Positions 54,834 to 64,000 of a stretch of DNA of 64,000 nucleotides are shown here, one piece after another. The notes below the pieces were generated by a model. The model saw only the letters and a list, made by a program, of their open reading frames with translations, was not told the origin of the DNA and did not search any database. The position numbers and the translations under genes were made by a program. Origin of the DNA: Pecten maximus (taxonomy: Eukaryota); NCBI RefSeq assembly GCF_902652985.1, contig NC_047023.1:16058001-16122000 (forward strand), in the 5' to 3' direction. Each line of letters starts with the position of its first letter. The first letter of the stretch is position 1.

Positions 54834-54903
54834 TTGCCCGAGTTTCCTCTGGCCCTGACACCGTGTCTAGACACGGTGTCAGGCCCAGAGGAAACTCGTG
54901 CTA
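54834..54903. mobile_element. 70-bp loop-less palindromic MITE with 9-bp TSD AGTCGCCTC (Academ-like T[A]G...CTA ends)
   Basis: TTGCCCGAGTTTCCTCTGGCCCTGACACCGTGTCT|AGACACGGTGTCAGGCCCAGAGGAAACTCGTGCTA, with TSD at 54825-54833 and 54904-54912. Confidence 0.85.
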
Positions 54904-55009
54904 AGTCGCCTCCTACATTATGTATCATTTCAAACGTGTCCTAGAAGGACCAAATAATTATATGAGGCAGTTTAATTCATTTTGGCTCTACATGGGGGTT
55001 TTTTCAGGT

Positions 55010-55312
55010 TGTTAGTTGTTAAGGGGTTTAACGTCCTCGCTAAGCCAGAGTCATATGAGGACGGGTGTCATGGCGACAACTAAAGTAGTAAAAAAATCAC
55101 AGAGCAAAGAAAAGAAATGAAAACCCATAAAAAGACAAGGAAATTATCTCAGCTCTTGCAGTTGGGGGAAGTAGATCAAGCTTGGTATTTTAATATCCCC
55201 TATATAAGAATTCTATATGAGAATTCCTGGTTATGGACGAACCCCACATTAAGGTTGGGGCACAATTAGTCGCCACTTACAACATGCAGTGAGATTTCAG
55301 TAGGCATATTCT
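55010..55312 (-). mobile_element. MetaSINE-like fragment
   Basis: The minus-strand sequence AGAATATGCCTACTG..TGCATGTTGTAAGTGGCGACTAA resembles the Meta domain, and the tail ends GACGTTAAACCCC..AAC repeats. Confidence 0.5.
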
Positions 55313-58020
55313 TTTTTCGCTCATACATGTGTTACTGTATCTAACTCTGAATCTTAATTGAAAGTTAATCTGATACCTTGTATGTATTTTGTACAATACT
55401 TGGAGATTGCAAGTGGTAGGCAACGCTGGTTGACTTTAGATTATAGCAGCCTCAATGCAACGTTTTTAGTCATGACACGGTCCATAACACTTTGACTTGG
55501 CGTTCTTTTATAGTTCAATATGGAATTTATGTAGAATTGGACTATTTCCCTTCTCCACCTAGATTTTGATATTTCTTTCGACTCATGTTACGTTCCTCTG
55601 TCGCCTCTTAGGTATAGAAACATAAAGCCCTTAGCATCACTGACGAGTTATAGAAGGACGAAATAATTGTATTTTGATTTTGGCTCTACTGAGATTGTAT
55701 TAAAAAGTGTGCTATCTAATGTGTCTTTAGTACAATCCTTTGTACACACTATGATCATACACATGGTGATGATGGTAATGCTTTCATGCCTTAGGATAAA
55801 AAACGGGTGTTATGATACAACTGCGTGCCATTTCAGTCAAAGATTGATACATGTATATGAAATATCTTCTTAGCAGTATCCCAGACTATTAAATCATGGC
55901 AAACAATACTACCCGATAGAAAGCGAATTATTTTATACACATACTTTCACATATCCCTTAAATATTATTTCATTTCACATTCATTCATTTTATAAGCAAA
56001 CCAATGTTCTATCATTGGATAACATAAGATCTATAAAATGCATGTTCGTTCGATGATATTTCCTCAAAACAGATTTTGAATATAAACGACATTCTATGAC
56101 AAAAATGATATTAATTCTCAATTAAGTACTAATACTACAATGACACATTTCTGGGGATATCAGATGAGGTCTATGCCATATTCCCGCTTCTATGTTAAAT
56201 CTATGAGACCAATTAAGTCAATTGGAAAAGGTATACAACATCTGGCTCCTGGTGACTCTAAAAGTATCTTCTATAAACATTTTCCATAATCTTTATTGAA
56301 ATACTAATATAAATGCATCAATAGTTTCACTAGTTTAACCCAATTTATGATAAGAGTGTACAACTCATTATCAACAAGTACATTATTTTAGTTACGTATT
56401 TTAGCCAGTATTTAGTGATATTGTAGCTAGTTAATTTAGATTAGTATGTGATACTTGTCCGTGTATAACAAGTTGCAATTAGTTCATCAGCTAATCATGC
56501 GATACAGCAACACATTATGGAGACTGACCTGAGATAACATGATATAATAACATTTTATGGAGACTAGCTGACGATTCATGGAATCCATTAACGTGTATTA
56601 TATGTACTTTATATTTTATTCATATTTTCATATTATCTAAATAACAATACATTTTAGGTGCAAACAAATACCAAAGTAAAATGACGTAAATTATTATGAT
56701 CAGTTCACTCTCAGGAACCTTAAATGTTAGAATTGTGAAGATTAACAGTTACCTACCTGACTGGGTCGGAAACGTTAATAGTGCTATATGTTTACATGGC
56801 CCTTAATGTCTCATAAACATTATTAGTGACGCCGGTTCAGAACACATCTGTATTTGATGTAATATGGTCGCGTTGTGAGATTGGTACGTTTCTTCGTTTT
56901 ATTTCGTCGTTCGATCGACCTGTGATGGGTTGGTATATTTACACATAGGTCGCGTGACATTTGTATGGTATGAACTTGCTCATATGGCATCCACATTTTC
57001 TGGAGTTATAGTCAATTACCTTGAAAATTGTCGGTATCTTTTAGGATCGTGTGATTGATTTGATCTCAAGTGTAATATGTATGGTGCTATGTTGAAAACT
57101 ATATACAGTATATTATTATCTGATTATTTAATTTATTAATTTGATACATCATTTTCAGCTCTATCGTGGCTGTCAAATTTACTGATGGAAGAAACCATAT
57201 AATTTTATGGGGAAAGTACTGACACGTGACATGTATCTATAAATACATATAATTCCGTTTTAAAGCGAGGACACCTGTAAGCTCTTAATAATTTGCCTGA
57301 AATTGTCAGACTAGTTGCGGTCACTCAAACTTGTCAACAGATGTGCTAATATCGTAAAAGGACAATAACTCGTAAAACTTGATATGATAAACCCTTTAAG
57401 ATATGTACATGTATACCATGTGTATATTGCGCGTTAGAACAAATATATGTCATTTAAGGACATTGAATGACATAGCAAGGAAGTTCATTAGTGAAGTTTC
57501 CTATGAAATATTAAGGATATTTCTGTAACAAGTATGACGTAGTTCATATTGTAACACTACAAGAACAAGCATCTAACGCATGTTGGTCATTTTGACTATT
57601 CTACTCATTTATATACAATAGAAAAACCACATTCCATTTAACAAACACATTTTATTAAGTGAAAATAATTTTTGGCAATAAATTAAATGGTAAAGCATGA
57701 AGGAGAGTGTGATGAATCTGCAAAGAAAAAAAGAAACATTTAATACAATTGTCGATGTTATCATCTATCATATATTATAATCATCAATATATATACATTG
57801 TAAATATATATCAGTTACTTTTCGTCCATATTGCTGACTACGGGCAATCTTTCCTTTCATAGTTATAGCTAACAATATATCAGTGAGAACTGATGAAAAT
57901 TATTTATCAAATAACATAATTTATCAAAAACATAATTTTAACAAAATAACAAACATTTGTTCACGTCAAGAAAGGGATATCTAAAACAAAACTTCGAACT
58001 TTACCTGGAAATTCTATTGT

Positions 58021-58675
58021 TTAATATCCACCAAATACGGAACCCCGTCGTCTCATCCACCTGTTTCCGTATCCACGTCCGTAGCCTCCACGTCCGTAGC
58101 CTCCAAGTCCGTATCCCCCGCGACCATAGTAATTTCCGTATCCGTTTCCATATCCATATCCACCACCAAGAAGTCCAAGACCACTTCCGAATCCATTGTC
58201 TAACCCTGATCCCAAACCATAGCCGTAGGAATTTCCTATAATTCATTTTGAAGAAAATGTAAATAAAGCAATCAAAATACCAAAACAAAAATCTTTCAAA
58301 TAATCCATCTCGAATTAAGCAACGGTGTCCTTATAATAGAATTACCATGTAAACAATCTGTCTGGAAATCTTAAACTGGTTTCGAAAATAAGTCGAGAAA
58401 TCTTTTTTCTAAAAGACATATGAAAGCCGCGACGTATTTTTAGAATTGTGCTTAAAGGATAAAATGAGGACACACATAATTGCTATGATTTTTTCAATCT
58501 TCACAATTTTAAGTTTTCTCTTAATAAAACAGATTATGACTGCTGGTTTTGCTATACTTAAGTGGTTTGGTGTGCACCGCGTAAATATACTTGGTATATG
58601 TATCCAATACTCACCGTAGTAATGGCAGAGCCCATTAGCCACCAGGCAGGACAGGAGAAACAATACCTTCAGCAT
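58021..58675 (-). CDS. Gene 7: secreted Gly/Tyr-rich protein, 91 aa, complement(join(58021..58235,58615..58675))
   Basis: Protein: MLKVLFLLSCLVANGLCHYYG|NSYGYGLGSGLDNGFG...GGYGRGGYGRGYGNRWMRRRGSVFGGY*, TAG acceptor. Exon 1 ~59701-59660; TATA 59725-59732; 3' exon from 57717; AATAAA 57656-57651. Confidence 0.92.
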
Positions 58676-61600
58676 GGTGTCGGTTCGGTGAGGACTGAAA
58701 CATAGCAAAATTGTATCGTAAAATAATATGTTGTACGCCTTCGAACAAAACATACTCAATATACATTATGAAATTGTATTTTCGATATTTAATGATGTTT
58801 CGTTTTTAGCGATTTAAATTAGATTGGTACTGAAGTCGAGTTTTGTATTAATATGACAAAGCGTACCGATGTTTATCATAGTCGTTTTACACCAATACTA
58901 ATCATTGTCCCACAGACTGTTAATAAATATCTTATACAAGTATTTCATGTGATATAACATTTAATCAAAATGTTTTTGAATACGCTTGCATTAAAAAAAA
59001 GATACCGACATGTGATTCTAACTCAAAATCAATTAAACGTAGGCAAAATAGGAACAAAATATATATATTTCCATGGAGACGACTGAAGATGCACGGAGTC
59101 GGTAAGACCATGTGTTTAAGAAGGGTAAGCGTGGTGAACGCGACACCACCAAACACGTGAACAAGCATGGAATCCTTCTAACTTCATATTGATCAATGAA
59201 ATATAACATATCCCATTGAAAGCAGGATGCCTGTCATAAAAAAATAGCTCTAATTGAATAAAAGTTTAGCACTAAATATTGTTTAAAGCTAATGGAGATA
59301 AAGGATAACGCAGTGGAAAAAATTACCCCCTATGACCATCAAAGGATATGCAAGTAAAGCATAAACAGGGGGTATAAGACAGTCAACAAAAACAAAGATA
59401 CAATTTCTATAGCGTGGTGAACTTCAGATAACACAGTATAATGTTATAGCAATGCTAACCCAAAATATAATGTCAGAATTTAAATAAAATAAAGTTTGGC
59501 TGTTACAGATGATAATTTGACACCAATGCTAACTGAAATATAGTGTCAGAATTTCGGTAGATATAACTTCGGTTGTGATGCTTACGGAAAATGTAAGTAA
59601 CTTAAATTCCCATGATAATGGAAATAGTATATTGACAGATTACAAACACAGGTACTTACCTTGAAGTCGGTACGATTCGGTGTCGAGTAAAGATTGAGAA
59701 TGGTTAGGGGATGGTTCTCCTCCATATTTATACATATTTCACAAGGAAATCAGGAAATATTTCTCAAATGCGATTCGATAAAACGACAAAAACTCGCAAT
59801 AATGTTGACGAATGACCGGTGACGATTATGACTCATCCATACTACTTGTGACCTGTGTCCAATAAGGTGTATTAGTAAGATCAACAGTGATCAACCTGGG
59901 GCTATTTAGGCTACTACGCAACTGCCATGGGTATATGAATGAAGTGCGTACATGTTAACGTAACTCATGTTTTTAAATAAGCATAGAAGAGTTTTGAAAA
60001 CAAATATGTACTATTAAAGTCAACATTTTAACCTTGAATATTACGCGAGAAATGATTTTAATGATGTAAATAGAAAATTGTTGTTGGTAAAATTTGGAGC
60101 AAAAACAATTGTCAAAATCTCCCTTTATTACAATTATAACAGTGAAATCAAAACAATGCAAGGTATTTCTAGATTGATGTATTCACATTGAGAGTAAATT
60201 CCTTGAAAAGAATACAATTTATTCACGTGAATATCGTAGATTCTATGACTAAATAGATAGAACTGTTACAATATAGATGTTTCATCATAATAGACCTCAT
60301 ATCACTGTCGCCCTAAAACTACTAAAGCCCAATAAGGAAATCAAGAAAGGATGTTTTAATAATCGTAATCGGTCTAAAAAATAAAACATAGGTGAGAATG
60401 ATTCATTGAAATTGGCAAAATGAGGACAGCATCTAAAAATATATCTGAAACCGATACCAGTGTTCATAATTAACCAAACATTGTATACATTTGAAGACTT
60501 TAGCGGACAAACATAGGAGGCGAAAAAGGACTTTTAACGAAAACGAGGCGGACGAAATGTGAGCACGAAAACAATTTACAAGGTGACAAAAGTACCAGAA
60601 GAAACGGACCAGGATAAATATCATACATGTATAATTGGTTAAACCTAATTAGCGTCAATTAACAGGTTCATGGGCAGTGACTGGATATAATTCAAATTTT
60701 CGCAGTTTTGCCAAAACAAAATAAAGAAAGAATAAATGGAGATATCGTTTTATATCGTTTTTTTCCGTAAAAAAATATTAATAAGATTTGTAAGGAAGAT
60801 ATCTTCAGAGTATCTTTCGTGATTTTCTCGAAAATTGAATTACATGCAAAAGACATTTTACCATAAGGATGATTATAACAACTGTCAATTTGATATCTGA
60901 TCGCATCGCCGACACATCAGCGTGTATGTTTAGACTAGCAATTGTTTGTTTTACTTTTATAGTTCCGTTGTCACTACCCCAGTGGTCTGTTTGAGGACGT
61001 GATATTATCTGAATTACTTAGATCAACTGGATGCCCATTATTCGCCTTTTGCGTGAAGAAACGTGAAGATATATATATTGTTCGTTTTATCCATTTTGAG
61101 TTCGTATCAATCACGGTATTAATGCATATCAGTATTCTGTTGTTGTGTTTAGACGAATTTTGAAAAAAAAACTCCATGTTTCTTCATATACATAATTGTC
61201 ATAATGTGAGGGGATCGAAATTCTTCAGGTTTAGCACCATATTCCTTAGAGTAAAGAAGACATCTATGATTTCGGTCTTTTGTGTAATTGTCAGATTACA
61301 AGTAAATGACTGTGCACGTTCGTTAATCTGACATTATGGAGACTTGCCCTCGCCTTTTTTACATGATTCATGCGATCCTTGGAAGTTAATGATATATATT
61401 TCAATAGTACTCATGTTTTTATTCATGTTAACACATTGTATATTCTAAAACTGACAGAATCATCATGACGTGTTATCAGAAAGGTTAAACAGCTAATTAA
61501 TTGCTTTGGATGACAAGCGTTACCAGCCCTATAATCTTACCTTATCCCTTCATAGCGCATGTGTATCATATGTATCAGAATATACATAATTAATTTGATG

Positions 61601-62165
61601 CAATTATTCAAAATTTATCGAACTGACCGTATTATAGGATTTAGTACACCTCTTCTATTTGAACACTTGTTTAGTTGTTTAGACACGTTTAATCTTTGCT
61701 AAATTTCCCTTTTGACCTATAAACTAACTGCAGAGTCCTGGAGAAACAAAATGGCTGAAAGTAGATATACTTTCATTATCCGATATACACTTTTATATTG
61801 TAATATGCTGAATTGATATTTAAAAGTTATTGTTTTGGTACAACACCTTCTAAGGTGATAATATCATTGTAGCAATCAGTATCTGACATCACGTCAGGGA
61901 CTGTTTCATACCAATAGATATAACAACGTATTAGACATGAGATATCGTTTGACTTAAGGGAGACACGAAATAGTCACAACACATTAAATGAATACAGCTG
62001 TTTAATTGCCGTATGTGTTACATATTAGTATCAAAATATATCAATAAAAACATCGCTTCAAATCTGTCTCTATAAATGAATGTGTTACGGTATTGGGATA
62101 AATGCAATTCAAAGGCCAGTTACTTGCTAACCCTCCCGATTTCTAACCGTTAATCAACACACAAA

Positions 62166-62404
62166 TACGGTGGCTGATTTGTGCCATTTCGCTATTTCCA
62201 CTTTTCGCCCCAAAATGACGAAGATTAAATATCTTAATTCTCGTCATGTTGTTGTATCGCTCCGAAAAGATAAAACACCATACGAGAAAAGACGAAATGA
62301 ATTAACCCAAAAACACGAGAATTAAAGTCACTTATTTGCGTGCGTTTATTTCGTCATTTCGCGTTTTATGTTTTTCGTCTTTTTGGCACAAATCAGACAC
62401 CGTA
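62166..62404. mobile_element. 239-bp MITE with 21-bp TIRs and 6-bp TSD CACAAA (IS3EU-like TAY...RTA termini)
   Basis: CACAAA|TACGGTGGCTGATTTGTGCCA ... TGGCACAAATCAGACACCGTA|CACAAA. Confidence 0.85.
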
Positions 62405-63176
62405 CACAAATCATCAGTAAAACTTTCCGTGATTTCATGATTTTAAAAATCGTAATTTTCCAGTAGAAGAGCAGCTTCAGATAAAGTGTTTAGTTCTAAT
62501 GTATTAGTCTATTTAAAGGAGGTGTATAATGTACTTTTCTAAGTTTGAAAATTTGCAATTTCCACTACGAAAATTAACAGGGGGAAAAGATAATACATGA
62601 CAGTGACATGCATGTAGAGGTGATATGTAATCGTAATACTACATCATACTTTATCAAAACATATTTTCGCTAAATATGTAACTGCCAATAACCGTCAAAG
62701 AAGCACAGACCGTAAGAAAGCGGAAGTTCATATAAGCAGCCCCCTACACTTTAAAGACAAACAATGACATTCACCGAGTAACACGAGTAACAGGATAGGA
62801 GGTTGCACTGACATGGTTAAGAGGGTGATGGATTGGTTTATAGAGACACCAGTATACATACAAGTCAACATGATAGATATGACCGATATATACATATACA
62901 ACACACACATATATCTAACCACACACCTTTCAATCATCTATTTGCGGTATTTCCTCCTACTATAGAATGGCGCATTAAGGAAATAAGTAAATTATGTATA
63001 TATATATATCCTAAAACATTAATCTTATCACAATTGCTTTATTAGTCGAGTTTATTTTCCCGTGAAACTAGTTTAATAAATTCAATGTTATAACAACTGG
63101 GTGTTTGATTGCATTTAGCATACGAGTCGAAATACACATTCCCACAGTATGATGTCATTTTTCTTGGCTTGTATGT

Positions 63177-63325
63177 GATTTTTTTTATTAATCAGTCAAA
63201 TGTTTGGTTCATTTGATTTTTTTTATTAATCAGTCAAATGTTTGGTTCATTTGATTTTTTTTATTAATCAGTCAAATGTTTGGTTCATTTAATTTTTTTA
63301 TTAATCAGTCAAACGTTTGGTTAAT
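63177..63325. repeat. 38-bp tandem repeat, ~4 copies
   Basis: ATCAGTCAAA recurs at 63191, 63229, 63267 and 63304. Confidence 0.9.
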
Positions 63326-63439
63326 TTTTTCAAAATTACACTTGGATTTCCTAAGTACCATTATGTGCTTAAAAGTTTGAATAGGGGATATCACCTAAAC
63401 GTCTGAGTTGACCGAGTCGTTTATGAGTGATGTCACTTC

Positions 63440-63559
63440 ATTTATTTAATATCAGTCGTTTAATAGGTATAATTTATTCAATATCAGTCGTTTAATAGGT
63501 ATAATTTATTCAATATCAGTCGTTTAATAGGTATAATTTATTCAATATCAGTCGTTTAA
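63440..63559. repeat. 32-bp tandem repeat, ~3.7 copies
   Basis: ATCAGTCGTTTAATAGGTATAATTTATTCAAT is repeated in tandem. Confidence 0.9.
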
Positions 63560-63624
63560 GTGATATCACTAAATGGGAATATACTAATCTGTGTAAATTC
63601 AGAAACAGCCCTCTATAGCTAGTA

Positions 63625-64000
63625 CTTTTCAAACCAGGGGAACCTATTATATATAGAATTTAAGATTTAGCGATAATGGCTGTCTGTCGGCCATGTTGTT
63701 TTCGAATTGGTCCCAATATGCATAACTAGGCACTGAGGGAAACCTACATATGAAATTTGAGGAAGATTCCTTCAGTACTTTCTGAGAAATAGCGATAACA
63801 AACTTCAATTGTCAATATCCAAGATGGCTGCCTGTTGTCCATGTTGTTTTCCGATTGGTCTCAAAATGCAATATGCATAACTAGGCACCAAGAAAACCTA
63901 CATATGAAATTTGAGAAAGATCCCTTCAGTGCTTTCTGAGAAATAGCGATAACAAACTTCAATTGTCAAAATCCAAGATGGCTGCCTGTCGACCATGTTG
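63625..64000. repeat. ~150-bp satellite array (Helentron/HINE-type internal repeats), running off the window end
   Basis: The ATGGCTG..CCATGTTG..CATAACTAGGCAC..TATGAAATTTGAG..GAGAAATAGCGATAACAAAC unit is repeated. Confidence 0.75.

Overview
AT-rich eukaryotic genomic DNA with spliceosomal introns, a LINE, SINEs and MITEs. The repeat types suggest a bivalve mollusc (inference). The window is dominated by a cluster of one small gene family: seven 4-exon genes encoding short secreted Gly/Tyr(Phe)-rich proteins. Each gene has TATA+Inr, a non-coding exon 1, a signal-peptide exon, a Gly-rich exon ending ...GGY-stop, and a non-coding 3' exon with AATAAA. Gene 1 (+, ~4.2-6.7 kb) is a divergent (GSGF)n paralog with an apparent frameshift. 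Genes 2-7 (-, 14.8-59.7 kb) are near-identical 86-91 aa proteins produced by ~6.5-7 kb tandem segmental duplications. An eighth, orphan promoter/exon 1 (-, ~8.9-9.9 kb) points at gene 1. All eight promoters share a DR1-type nuclear-receptor element, at a fixed position in the seven genes, plus AP-1/CRE-like and (in the genes) ETS-like motifs. The duplicated units provide empty-site controls, so several insertions can be delimited exactly: a 3.1 kb foldback element, a pogo/Tigger-like MITE, a Crypton-like hairpin element and a 5'-truncated L1/Tx1 LINE flanked by a ~286 bp duplication. Most entries in the ORF track are intron read-throughs, shadow frames or repeat artefacts.
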